DNA of 60,921 nt from a virus (IMGVR_UViG_3300044491_001212:1-60921), one strand, 5' to 3'; positions 27,655 to 36,270 are shown, counted from the stretch's first letter. Made by a program: numbers and translations. Notes: generated by a model from the letters alone, not told the origin.

Positions 27655-28647
27655 ATGGATTTCATTGATGTCAAATACATCAATCTGATCTCCTCCAGAC
27701 TTCAAAAGTTCAAAAGGGTAAAACCAAAGCTTTATAACTTCAGGTGTCCTATCTGTGGTGACTCACAGAAAAATAAGAACAAAGCTAGGGGTTTTCTATA
27801 CCAGGTTAAGAACAATACTAATTTCAAATGCCACAACTGTGGTATCAGTGTTTCGTTTGCCAACTTTCTGAAGGATTTGGATCCTCAGACTTACAAACAA
27901 TATACCTTTGAGAAGTTCAAAGAAGGTAATACCGGTAAGAACTTTGTAACAGAAACGCCTGAGGATATATTCAGTAAGATGAGAAATACTAAACCAACAT
28001 TCAAGAAGAAGATTGTTATCGATCTTCCTTCTGCATTTAGTGTTCCATTATCCAAATACTATTTGGAATCTAGGGCCATCTTGAGTGGTAACTTTTACTA
28101 CGCAGAGAACTTCCAAGAGTTTGTTAATAGTATTAAACCAGGTTCTTTTGAACATCCAAAGTTTGGTGAAGCTAGAATTGTAATTCCTCTTGTTAGGAAT
28201 GAGATACTTATAGGGTTACAGGGCAGAGCCCTATCTACAAACCCTGTTAAATACTTAACCGTTATGTTGGATGAGGATGCCCCAAAGATCTATGGAACTG
28301 ATGAGATTGATAAATCCCTTCCAGTCTATATCACAGAAGGACCATTCGACTCCACGTTCATTCGCAACTCGGTTGCTATGTGCGGAGCTGATGTTGATGT
28401 TGTCAGTTGTGGGATTAGTAATCCCGTTTGGATATACGATAACGAACCTCGTAATGTTCAGATCACTCGAAGAATCGAACAAACAATTGATCAAGGAGGT
28501 ACAGTCGTTATCTGGCCCTCCAATGTTCGGGAAAAGGACATAAATGATATGGTCTTGAATGGACATAAAGTTCAAGAGATCATAGACAAAAACACCTACA
28601 AAGGATTAGAAGCAAAACTAAAATTTACTAGTTGGAAAAAAGTATGA
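27655..28647 (+). CDS. gp61: DNA primase (T4 gp61)
   Basis: Zn finger CPICGDS...CHNCG; TOPRIM ITEGPFDS, DNEPRN, KDINDM. Confidence 0.95.
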   Translation: MDFIDVKYINLISSRLQKFKRVKPKLYNFRCPICGDSQKNKNKARGFLYQVKNNTNFKCHNCGISVSFANFLKDLDPQTYKQYTFEKFKEGNTGKNFVTETPEDIFSKMRNTKPTFKKKIVIDLPSAFSVPLSKYYLESRAILSGNFYYAENFQEFVNSIKPGSFEHPKFGEARIVIPLVRNEILIGLQGRALSTNPVKYLTVMLDEDAPKIYGTDEIDKSLPVYITEGPFDSTFIRNSVAMCGADVDVVSCGISNPVWIYDNEPRNVQITRRIEQTIDQGGTVVIWPSNVREKDINDMVLNGHKVQEIIDKNTYKGLEAKLKFTSWKKV

Positions 28648-30941
28648 GTAACGGTACAAAGGTTCAGAAGAGAGATGGTCGTGTTGAATCACTTGATCTG
28701 GATAAGATGCATCTTATGGTTGAGGAGGCGTGTGATGGTCTATCAAATGTATCTGCTAGTCAGGTAGAGATGACATCTGGTATTCAGTTCTATGATGGTA
28801 TTACTACTGCTGAGATCCAAGAGATTCTTATTAAGAGTGCTAGTGACCTGATTGATTTGGATCACCCCAACTATCAGTTTGTAGCTGCAAGACTTCTCCT
28901 GTTCTCTCTCAGGAAACAATTGTATGGTGGTAGAAGAGAGATGCCTTCTTTGATTGATCACATCACCAAACTGGCATATGAAGATCACTACGATAGAGAT
29001 ATCTTCACAAAGTATTCTCAGGAAGAGATTGAGAAGGTAGAATCATTCATCGATCATGATCGTGATTTCTTGTTTACATACGCTGGATTGAGACAGGTTG
29101 TAGATAAATATCTAGTGCAAGACAGGAGTCTTGGAAAGGTACACGAAACTCCTCAGTTCATGTATATAATGATTGCATTGACAATCTTCCGTGAGTATCC
29201 AAAAGAAACAAGACTTTCCTACGTTAAGAGATACTACGATGCAATCTCAAAGCACAGACTCAACATCCCCACACCAATCATGGCGGGTGTCAGAACTCCC
29301 CTACGCCAGTTTGCGTCTTGTGTTCTGGTTGATGTTGATGACACCTTGGATAGTATTTTTAGTTCTGATATGGCCATTGGCCGTTATGTCGCACAAAGGG
29401 CTGGAATCGGCATCAACGCTGGCAGAATCCGCGGCATCAACAGTAAGATCAGGGGCGGAGAAGTACAGCACACTGGCGTTGTTCCTTTCCTTAAGAAGTT
29501 TGAATCAACTGTACGATGCTGTACACAAAATGGGATTCGTGGTGGCTCAGCAACAGTCCACTTCCCAATCTGGCACCAAGAAATCCAAGACATCATCGTT
29601 CTAAAGAACAACAAAGGTACAGAAGACAACAGGGTACGGAAACTTGACTACTCAATCCAAATTTCAAAGATTTTCTACGAACGTTTCATTGCGAATGGAG
29701 AGATTAGCTTGTTCTCACCGCACGACGTACCGGGTCTGTATGATGCCTTTGGTACTGACGGGTTCGATGATCTATATGTTGGTTTTGAACGAGATGAGTC
29801 TGTTCCAAGAAAGACTGTCAAGGCACAAGAACTGATTCTAGACATCCTCAAAGAGAGGGCAGAGACAGGTCGTCTGTATCTGATGAATATCGATCATTGT
29901 AACTCTCACTCTTCCTTCAAAGATAAGGTTGAGATGAGTAATCTGTGTCAAGAGATCACTCTCCCCACATATCCTCTATCACATATTGATGATCAGGTTG
30001 GTGAGATTGCATTGTGTATTCTCTCAGCAGTTAATGTTGGTAAGATTAGATCGAATGAGGAACTAGAAGACCTCTGTGACCTCGCTGTGAGGGGCCTGGA
30101 CGAGTTGATTGACTATCAGAACTATCCTATCATCGCAGCTGAAATTGCAACCAAGGCAAGAAGGTCTCTGGGTGTTGGTTACATTGGATTGGCACACTAC
30201 CTGGCAAAGTTGGGATACTCCTATGATTCACAAGAGGCATGGGATGCTGTTCATGAACTCTCTGAGTCCTTCCAATATTATCTCCTAAGGGCTTCTAATC
30301 AACTGGCTAAGGAGAAGGGTCATTGTGAATACTTTGGACGTACCAAGTACTCCAGTGGAACACTTCCTATTGACACATATAAGAAAGATGTAGATGAACT
30401 AGTTACGACGGAGTTGAAACATGATTGGGATATGCTTAGGAATGATATCCTCGAATACGGCCTTAGGAACTCAACACTGTCCGCACAAATGCCATCGGAA
30501 AGTAGTTCCGTTGTGTCAAACGCAACCAATGGAATCGAACCTCCTCGCGGATACTTGTCCATTAAGAAGTCCAAGAAAGGGCCTCTTAAACAGATTGTTC
30601 CACAGTATGCCTCATTGAAGAATAACTATACTCTTCTATGGGATATGAAAGATAACGGTGGATACATTAGAATAGTATCTGTAATGCAGAAGTTCTTCGA
30701 CCAGGCAATTTCTGGTAACTGGAGTTATAATCCAGAGAACTATCCTGACAATGAGGTTCCTGTTTCTGAAATGGCAAAGGATTTTCTTACAACTTATAAA
30801 TATGGTTGGAAGACATCCTACTATCAGAACACTCACGACTTAAAGTCTGATGAAGTGGATGAAGAACCGTCAAAGTTAGATAATTTGTTAGAAGAACTAT
30901 CACAAGCCGAGGAGGGAGAGTGTGAATCCTGTGCAATTTAA
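28644..30941 (+). CDS. nrdA: class I ribonucleotide reductase alpha subunit
   Basis: ATP-cone VQKRDG, PTPIMAG, FASCVL, SNLCQEI, C-terminal CESCAI. Confidence 0.97.
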   Translation: MSNGTKVQKRDGRVESLDLDKMHLMVEEACDGLSNVSASQVEMTSGIQFYDGITTAEIQEILIKSASDLIDLDHPNYQFVAARLLLFSLRKQLYGGRREMPSLIDHITKLAYEDHYDRDIFTKYSQEEIEKVESFIDHDRDFLFTYAGLRQVVDKYLVQDRSLGKVHETPQFMYIMIALTIFREYPKETRLSYVKRYYDAISKHRLNIPTPIMAGVRTPLRQFASCVLVDVDDTLDSIFSSDMAIGRYVAQRAGIGINAGRIRGINSKIRGGEVQHTGVVPFLKKFESTVRCCTQNGIRGGSATVHFPIWHQEIQDIIVLKNNKGTEDNRVRKLDYSIQISKIFYERFIANGEISLFSPHDVPGLYDAFGTDGFDDLYVGFERDESVPRKTVKAQELILDILKERAETGRLYLMNIDHCNSHSSFKDKVEMSNLCQEITLPTYPLSHIDDQVGEIALCILSAVNVGKIRSNEELEDLCDLAVRGLDELIDYQNYPIIAAEIATKARRSLGVGYIGLAHYLAKLGYSYDSQEAWDAVHELSESFQYYLLRASNQLAKEKGHCEYFGRTKYSSGTLPIDTYKKDVDELVTTELKHDWDMLRNDILEYGLRNSTLSAQMPSESSSVVSNATNGIEPPRGYLSIKKSKKGPLKQIVPQYASLKNNYTLLWDMKDNGGYIRIVSVMQKFFDQAISGNWSYNPENYPDNEVPVSEMAKDFLTTYKYGWKTSYYQNTHDLKSDEVDEEPSKLDNLLEELSQAEEGECESCAI

Positions 30942-32118
30942 GGTTTCGCCAGTCAATGGGAAGAATGTAATGAATGAAGTGAAAGGTATGACGGTGTTTA
31001 ACACCGAGGTACATGATGTTAAGAAACAACCAATGTTCTTTGGGAAACCTCTGGGAGTCCAGAGGTATGATTCCTATAAGTATCCTGTGTTTGAAAAACT
31101 CACTACACAACAGTTGGGATACTTCTGGAGACCAGAAGAAGTTTCACTACAGAAAGATCGTGGAGATTATCAGTCGCTTCGTCCAGAACAAAAGCATATC
31201 TATACCAGTAACCTCAAGTACCAGATTATGCTTGACTCCATTCAAGGGCGTGGTCCTGGGATGGCTTTTATACCATACTGTTCTCTACCTGAACTAGAGG
31301 CATGTATGGAAGTGTGGGGATTTATGGAGATGATCCATAGTCGTTCCTACACATATATCATTAAGAACATCTATCCCAACCCAGCTGATGTGTTGGATAA
31401 GATTGTCACAGATCAAAAGATCCTAGATCGTGCCAAGAGTGTTACAGAGTCATATGATGACTTCATCAACACTGCACAGGTCTGGGGAACTGGTAGCATG
31501 TGGCAAGATGATTTTAGAGGATCCCCATCAACCGCTTATGAGATCAAGGAAGTTAAACGAAAACTCTATAGGGCTGTTGCGAATGTCAACATCCTGGAAG
31601 GCATTCGTTTCTATGTCAGTTTTGCTTGTTCTTTTGCTTTCGGTGAGCTCAAACTCATGGAAGGGTCGGCGAAGATCATTAGTCTTATCGCCCGTGACGA
31701 GAATCAGCATCTTGCAATCACTCAGAATATCCTGAACAAGTGGAAGAGTGGTGATGATCCTATGATGAAACAGATCGCCAAGGAAGAAGAGGAGTGGGTC
31801 TATGCAATGTTTGATAGAGCAGTGAACGAGGAGAAGGCTTGGGCTGACTACCTGTTCAAGGACGGTTCTATGATTGGTCTTAATGACACTTTGTTACAAA
31901 GTTATGTAGAATGGATTGCCAACCGTAGAATGAAGGGTATAGGACTGAAACCGGTCTATGATGTTCCTGCCAAGAACAACCCCCTACCCTGGACCCAACA
32001 CTGGATCTCCTCGAAGGGACTACAAGTTGCACCCCAAGAGACAGAGGTCGAGAGTTATGTAGTTGGAGGTATTAAACAAGATGTACAAAAAGACACTTTC
32101 TCAGACTTTAAACTCTGA
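30922..32118 (+). CDS. nrdB: class I ribonucleotide reductase beta subunit
   Basis: FWRPEEV, EMIHSRSY, LEGIRFYVSF, RDENQH, APQETE. Confidence 0.97.
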   Translation: MNPVQFKVSPVNGKNVMNEVKGMTVFNTEVHDVKKQPMFFGKPLGVQRYDSYKYPVFEKLTTQQLGYFWRPEEVSLQKDRGDYQSLRPEQKHIYTSNLKYQIMLDSIQGRGPGMAFIPYCSLPELEACMEVWGFMEMIHSRSYTYIIKNIYPNPADVLDKIVTDQKILDRAKSVTESYDDFINTAQVWGTGSMWQDDFRGSPSTAYEIKEVKRKLYRAVANVNILEGIRFYVSFACSFAFGELKLMEGSAKIISLIARDENQHLAITQNILNKWKSGDDPMMKQIAKEEEEWVYAMFDRAVNEEKAWADYLFKDGSMIGLNDTLLQSYVEWIANRRMKGIGLKPVYDVPAKNNPLPWTQHWISSKGLQVAPQETEVESYVVGGIKQDVQKDTFSDFKL

Positions 32119-32386
32119 GATAGATAAACTATCTCCTAGAAACAAATCTCTAGTGTCCTATAAGAGGTGGTCTGATACTCTCAGGCCACCTTTTCGTGGT
32201 ATGGCACATGAGGTATTGAAGAGATCTTTAGAGTGGTGGTATGAGAAACCCATCTATCTTCACTCTCTACCCATAGAAGAACAGGTGGAGAATGTAAGGA
32301 AGGTATATGGTACCCACAATAACAAACCAACTCCTGATAGGGCTACCACTTATGTGTGGGAAGGTGATGAAGACTGGCACCGATAA
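32081..32386 (+). CDS. hypothetical protein
   Basis: ORF overlapping the end of nrdB; GGAGGT upstream; start uncertain. Confidence 0.45.
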   Translation: MYKKTLSQTLNSEIDKLSPRNKSLVSYKRWSDTLRPPFRGMAHEVLKRSLEWWYEKPIYLHSLPIEEQVENVRKVYGTHNNKPTPDRATTYVWEGDEDWHR

Positions 32387-32408
32387 ATATCCCAGATGAC
32401 AATATTAT

Positions 32409-32837
32409 GTGTGTGACTACGAGAACCCATGGACCTATCTGGAGAGACCTTTTACTAGTGATGATGTTCGGGACTTTTATGGTTTTGTGTATCTCATTAC
32501 CAATCTCACCAACCAACGACTCTACATTGGGAGAAAGGTCTTCTGGTTTCATAGGAAACCTCCTGGAAAGAAACGAAGAGTAAAGAAAGAGTCAGATTGG
32601 AAACTGTACTACGGTTCATGTGACGAACTGAAACAAGATGTTAAACTCCTCGGAACTCACATGTTCAAGAGGGAGATTCTTTCATTGCACAAAACAAAAG
32701 GTAAGACAAACTTTGGTGAGACAGAGGCTCTATTCAAGAACAATGTTCTTACAGAGGCTATGGATGATGGAACCCCTAAATATTACAACTCTAATATCAT
32801 GAATAGATATTACAGGAAAGATTATTTTGGGACTTGA
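32409..32837 (+). CDS. nrdA.1: NrdA.1-like GIY-YIG family protein
   Basis: GFVYLITN...YIGRK...ESDWKLYYGS; NATAAATA at 32382. Confidence 0.8.
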   Translation: MCDYENPWTYLERPFTSDDVRDFYGFVYLITNLTNQRLYIGRKVFWFHRKPPGKKRRVKKESDWKLYYGSCDELKQDVKLLGTHMFKREILSLHKTKGKTNFGETEALFKNNVLTEAMDDGTPKYYNSNIMNRYYRKDYFGT

Positions 32838-32882
32838 ATGATACCGATGATACACATACAATATAAGAAATATTTAAGAAGT

Positions 32883-33476
32883 ATGAAAAGAATCTTAGGA
32901 TTTGTTGCAGTACCTGTGTTTATGGCTTCTATGGTGAAAGCCATACCTACTCAAGAACCAGTTGAGTTGTCAGAAGAAGTAACCGAGTCAGTCACTGAAG
33001 AACCAACACCAAAAGCAAAGAGATGGGTATGTGAGGGTTGTACAGAGAATGAGAGAGTAGTTCTTGAGTTCCTACAAGATAGAGGTATTGAAGACAAAGT
33101 TGCTCTATCAGTCGTCATGGGTAACATCAAACAAGAGAGTAAGTTTTATTCAGACATCTGTGAAGGTGGATCCAGAGTTCCATATCATCATTGTCACAGA
33201 GGTGGGTTTGGACTTATTCAGTGGACAACACATGGAAGATATACCGGGTTAGGACAGTTTGCAAGGAGGTATGGTGGAGACCCTACAGACCTGAATACTC
33301 AGTTGAGATGGATGGTGAATGAGAGGGAGTGGACTAAAGTAGAACATGTATTCAAGACACCTGGTCTATCAGTTGACAGATACATGAATGCAGCGTATCG
33401 TTGGTTGGGTTGGGGAGTTCATGGTCAGAGAACCAACTACTCCAACCAATATCTGAACCGTCTGGTTCAGGTTTGA
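32883..33476 (+). CDS. phage tail-lysozyme-type muramidase with N-terminal signal-like segment
   Basis: VMGNIKQES.F...GGFGLIQWT..GR...TQL pattern. Confidence 0.75.
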   Translation: MKRILGFVAVPVFMASMVKAIPTQEPVELSEEVTESVTEEPTPKAKRWVCEGCTENERVVLEFLQDRGIEDKVALSVVMGNIKQESKFYSDICEGGSRVPYHHCHRGGFGLIQWTTHGRYTGLGQFARRYGGDPTDLNTQLRWMVNEREWTKVEHVFKTPGLSVDRYMNAAYRWLGWGVHGQRTNYSNQYLNRLVQV

Positions 33477-33500
33477 CACCTCACTCAAAAGGTGTATAAT
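33473..33500 (+). promoter_or_regulatory. consensus sigma70 promoter upstream of the structured RNA and tRNA-Arg
   Basis: TTGACA-16 nt-TATAAT. Confidence 0.8.
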
Positions 33501-33505
33501 ATAAG

Positions 33506-33577
33506 AGTTGAGAGGGAAACCACTCAACTGCGGTGATCCCCTTGGTGGTTCAGGGTTAGCGGCGATAGGAACCACCA
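33506..33577 (+). ncRNA. candidate structured RNA, unassigned
   Basis: AGTTGAG/CTCAACT stem capped by GG-GAAA-CC; 9-bp TGGTGGTTC/GAACCACCA stem with a 17-nt loop. Confidence 0.5.
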
Positions 33578-33580
33578 TAA

Positions 33581-33654
33581 GGGTTAGTAGCTCAGCTGGA
33601 TAGAGCACGTCACTTCTAATGATGCGGTCGGGGGTTCGAATCCCTCCTAACCCG
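33581..33654 (+). tRNA. tRNA-Arg(TCT)
   Basis: Acceptor GGGTTAG/CTAACCC; anticodon loop CTTCTAA; T loop TTCGAAT. Confidence 0.95.
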
Positions 33655-33726
33655 TTTCCAAAGTGTCACACGGTTCTCCCGTTACCTTTGGATCCACCTT
33701 ATACTATTCATAGTTAAACAAACATT

Positions 33727-34056
33727 ATGTCTCTCGATCTTGATTTGAATCAAATCATTCCCAGTGTTGTTCGTAGTGTAGCTGTTGGAGTTGTAGCACT
33801 TCCTCTAGCACTCTCTGTGAGTGGTACACTAAACGCTGGTAGTTCATTCCTTCGAGCACAAGCTGAAGTGGCTAGTTCTGAGAACACAGCTACTCTCGCT
33901 CAGAACGATGTTAAGGGAGATCTTACTCGTGTCTGTCTCGACTACCTCCTTTCTAAAGGTGATAGTAAGGCAGAACGAACAGCTAAAGATGAGATTGATA
34001 CATACTTCGGTGGTGAGATGAACTACGCAGAAGTCTGTAAGTGGGTCTATCGTTGA
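33727..34056 (+). CDS. hypothetical membrane-anchored or secreted protein
   Basis: Hydrophobic N-terminal stretch; two Cys. Confidence 0.65.
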   Translation: MSLDLDLNQIIPSVVRSVAVGVVALPLALSVSGTLNAGSSFLRAQAEVASSENTATLAQNDVKGDLTRVCLDYLLSKGDSKAERTAKDEIDTYFGGEMNYAEVCKWVYR

Positions 34057-34082
34057 TCCCACAGCCTCTTCGGGGGCTACTA

Positions 34083-34153
34083 GCCTCTAAAGCATTATGG
34101 TGATGCACCTGTTTTGTAATCAGGAGATCTCAGTTCAATTCTGGGTAGGGGCT
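34083..34153 (+). tRNA. tRNA-Thr(TGT)
   Basis: Acceptor GCCTCTA/TAGGGGC; anticodon loop TTTGTAA; T loop TTCAATT. Confidence 0.85.
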
Positions 34154-34155
34154 CC

Positions 34156-34229
34156 GCGGAATTAGTTTAGAGGCAAAACTAAAGGTTTCCAACCTTTCGT
34201 CACCAGTTCGATTCTGGTATTCCGCTCCA
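34156..34229 (+). tRNA. tRNA-Gly(TCC) with encoded CCA
   Basis: Acceptor GCGGAAT/ATTCCGC; AAAGG-TTTCCAA-CCTTT anticodon arm. Confidence 0.93.
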
Positions 34230-34230
34230 A

Positions 34231-34248
34231 TCCTCTATAGCTCAGTTG
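34231..34248 (+). pseudogene. 5' fragment of a tRNA (Asn-like)
   Basis: TCCTCTATAGCTCAGTTG is an acceptor 5' strand plus the start of the D arm, similar to TCCCCTGTAGCTCAA of the intact tRNA-Asn; the rest is absent. Confidence 0.7.
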
Positions 34249-34261
34249 AAAAAGGTTCGTT

Positions 34262-34269
34262 TATAAATA
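34262..34269 (+). promoter_or_regulatory. late promoter embedded in an inverted repeat
   Basis: TATAAATA inside GGTTCGTTTATA-AA-TATAAATGAACC (34254-34279). Confidence 0.7.
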
Positions 34270-34291
34270 TAAATGAACCCATAATAAAACT

Positions 34292-34615
34292 ATGCCATAT
34301 AAGGATAAAGAAAAACAAAAGGAATTCCAGAGAGAGTGGGCTCGTAACAAAGGTCCAAACTCCTGGTTAATCAGAAAGATAGAACTTCTTCGTGCTGCTA
34401 AAGATATTCCTTGTCAATCCTGTGGGGAAGTTCATCCACCCTGTTGTATGGACTTACATCATGTAGACCCAACGGATAAAAAGTATGAGATATCATTTTT
34501 AAAAAAGAATGGATCCATACGACTTCTAGAAGAAGAATTAGAAAAATGTGTTTGCTTATGTGCCCTGTGCCATAGAAAGATACATGCTAATCTTATAGAA
34601 CTCATTCCCCTGTAG
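34292..34615 (+). mobile_element. free-standing HNH (Zn-finger) homing endonuclease gene
   Basis: CQSCG...MDLHHVDP..K...KCVCLCALCHRKIH; lies between a tRNA fragment and an intact tRNA. Confidence 0.85.
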
Positions 34616-34682
34616 CTCAATCAGGCAGAGCGCCAAACTGTTAATTTGGATGTTACTGGTTCGATTCCAGTCGGGGGAGCCA
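34606..34682 (+). tRNA. tRNA-Asn(GTT) with encoded CCA
   Basis: Acceptor TCCCCTG/CGGGGGA; CCAAA-CTGTTAA-TTTGG anticodon arm. Confidence 0.93.
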
Positions 34683-34683
34683 C

Positions 34684-34755
34684 GCTCGAATAGTTCAGAG
34701 GTAGAACACTTGATTTACATTCAAGTTGTCGGGGGTTCGATCCCCTCTTCGAGCA
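34684..34755 (+). tRNA. tRNA-Val(TAC)
   Basis: Acceptor GCTCGAA/TTCGAGC; CTTGA-TTTACAT-TCAAG anticodon arm. Confidence 0.93.
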
Positions 34756-34785
34756 TATAATAAATAAACCAACTACAACAGATTG

Positions 34786-34956
34786 ATGGAAGTTTTTTCT
34801 GTAGAAGAATTTCAAGAGCGATGGGATGAATTGATAATTAGAGTAGAGGAAGGAGAGTCATTAGGAGTGGTGAATGAGAATGGGAATGCAGCTGTGATGG
34901 TTTCCGTTGATGATCCAATATACAAATTGTATACAGATCACAACGAGGCTAGTTGA
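34786..34956 (+). CDS. Phd/YefM antitoxin-like small protein (56 aa, not in the ORF track)
   Basis: MEVFSVEEFQERWDELIIRVEEGESLGVVNENGNAAVMV matches the Phd fold pattern. Confidence 0.65.
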   Translation: MEVFSVEEFQERWDELIIRVEEGESLGVVNENGNAAVMVSVDDPIYKLYTDHNEAS

Positions 34957-34958
34957 TA

Positions 34959-35612
34959 ATGTATGTGTATACTAGTGATATTGGTGGAGACCTATTACTG
35001 AATACCGAAAACAACTATCAAGTTATGATGGAGTGGGAAAAACAATACATGGTGGATTTGATTAAAAAATTAAATCCTTCAGGAAAAGTTTTAGAGATTG
35101 GTTTTGGATTAGGTATATCTGCATCTGAGATACAAAAGTATGATATTGAATCTCATACAATTATCGAATACGATGAAACAGTGCTAGAGAGATTGGAAGA
35201 GTGGGCCTCGAAACAAAAACATAAAGTTAATATTGTTAGAGGTAAGTGGCAAGATGTTTTAAAAACTCTAGGAAAGTTTGATAGTATTTTTAGTGATGAT
35301 AGTCCAGATCATATTAGTGATCTGGAAGAGTTGAGAGGATATAGATTGTTTTATGATATTCTACGACATCATGCCAATGTTGGATGTAAGTACAGTTATT
35401 ATCTCTCAGAGTTTACTTTTACAATTATGAATCCATTAGTCACATACGATGTGGATATTAAGAAATATGATATTCCAGAACACTGTAAATATACAAGTGG
35501 ATCAGAGATGTACTTACCACTCATAACATTTAAACTAGGAACATGTAATCTAATGAATGAAGTTTCAATGGATTACAATTTAAACTGTATCAATGAAGAG
35601 TTCCTGTGTTAG
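34959..35612 (+). CDS. class I SAM methyltransferase, GAMT/Rmt2-like
   Basis: QVMMEWEKQYM...VLEIGFGLGISA...HTIIE...GKWQDV...FDSIF.D. Confidence 0.75.
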   Translation: MYVYTSDIGGDLLLNTENNYQVMMEWEKQYMVDLIKKLNPSGKVLEIGFGLGISASEIQKYDIESHTIIEYDETVLERLEEWASKQKHKVNIVRGKWQDVLKTLGKFDSIFSDDSPDHISDLEELRGYRLFYDILRHHANVGCKYSYYLSEFTFTIMNPLVTYDVDIKKYDIPEHCKYTSGSEMYLPLITFKLGTCNLMNEVSMDYNLNCINEEFLC

Positions 35613-35689
35613 GACACTTTTCATTCCGTCCATTCACTTAACCCTACGGGGTTTGTTCCACTATAATATTAGAGTAATCAAACAGAACA

Positions 35690-35905
35690 ATGACTGTTAC
35701 TTCAAAGTTTAAAAAGGATCTTCCTACTCTTCGCTCTGCTGCGAATGGTGAATTCTACCTTGATGTAAAGAATCCGAAACTTTTCAAAAAGGTTCGTAAG
35801 TATTACGAGAACGATGGTGTTGAATTCTCAGGTGATCCACTGGATGACTATGATATTTTGATCGATTGTTTGAATGAAGACCTCGAAGTTGTTGAGGTTG
35901 GTTGA
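35690..35905 (+). CDS. conserved cyanophage hypothetical protein
   Basis: LDVKNPKLFKKVRKYYENDGV.FSGDPLDDY. Confidence 0.75.
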   Translation: MTVTSKFKKDLPTLRSAANGEFYLDVKNPKLFKKVRKYYENDGVEFSGDPLDDYDILIDCLNEDLEVVEVG

Positions 35906-36135
35906 TGAAAGTTCTACTAGAACGTGGACCTTTTAGGTTTGTTGAAAAGGGTATCATTGAACTCAATGGTATGCCTGATTACAGATTACAGGAACAAGAC
36001 TACTACAATCGTAGATGGTTTGATGTTTATCTGTTCGACAACCAGGCACAATGCCTTCTAGCAATGGAAGATGCAGAGTATCCTAAGTGGTTGACGGGTA
36101 AATCCTGTTATGTTAAAGACTCGGTAAGTCGATAA
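35905..36135 (+). CDS. conserved cyanophage hypothetical protein
   Basis: GIIELNGMPDYRLQ...YLFDNQAQCLLAMED. Confidence 0.7.
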   Translation: MKVLLERGPFRFVEKGIIELNGMPDYRLQEQDYYNRRWFDVYLFDNQAQCLLAMEDAEYPKWLTGKSCYVKDSVSR

Positions 36136-36137
36136 AC

Positions 36138-36205
36138 TAGCCCTGGTCGGGATCTGAGACTTAGTTATTACTCAGAAATAAAAATAACTTGGCGCGGCAT
36201 GTGTA
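36138..36205 (+). ncRNA. pseudoknotted RNA, probably of the wcaG (or manA) cyanophage motif class
   Basis: TCTGAG/CTCAGA stem whose loop AGTTATT pairs with AATAACT; flanked by TGGTCGG and TGGCGCG; upstream of a WcaG-type epimerase. Confidence 0.55.
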
Positions 36206-36213
36206 ACCCCATC

Positions 36214-36237
36214 AAAGAGACCTTCGGGTCTCTTTTT
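36214..36237 (+). terminator. intrinsic terminator
   Basis: AAAGAGACC-TTCG-GGTCTCTTT followed by Ts. Confidence 0.88.
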
Positions 36238-36270
36238 AATGCATAAATATCAGCAGTTATTTTTAATCAC

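Noticed and set aside
28644-32118. Introns or inteins in nrdA/nrdB
   Set aside because: Both ORFs are continuous and of normal length.
33530-33580. HDV-like (theta) ribozyme next to the tRNA
   Set aside because: GGCGATAGGAAC resembles J4/2-P2, but there is no room for P3/L3/P1, and the element lies 5' rather than 3' of the tRNA. It is kept only as an unassigned RNA.
34621-34815. 64-aa minus-strand ORF (also 33369..33608)
   Set aside because: Antisense to tRNA genes.
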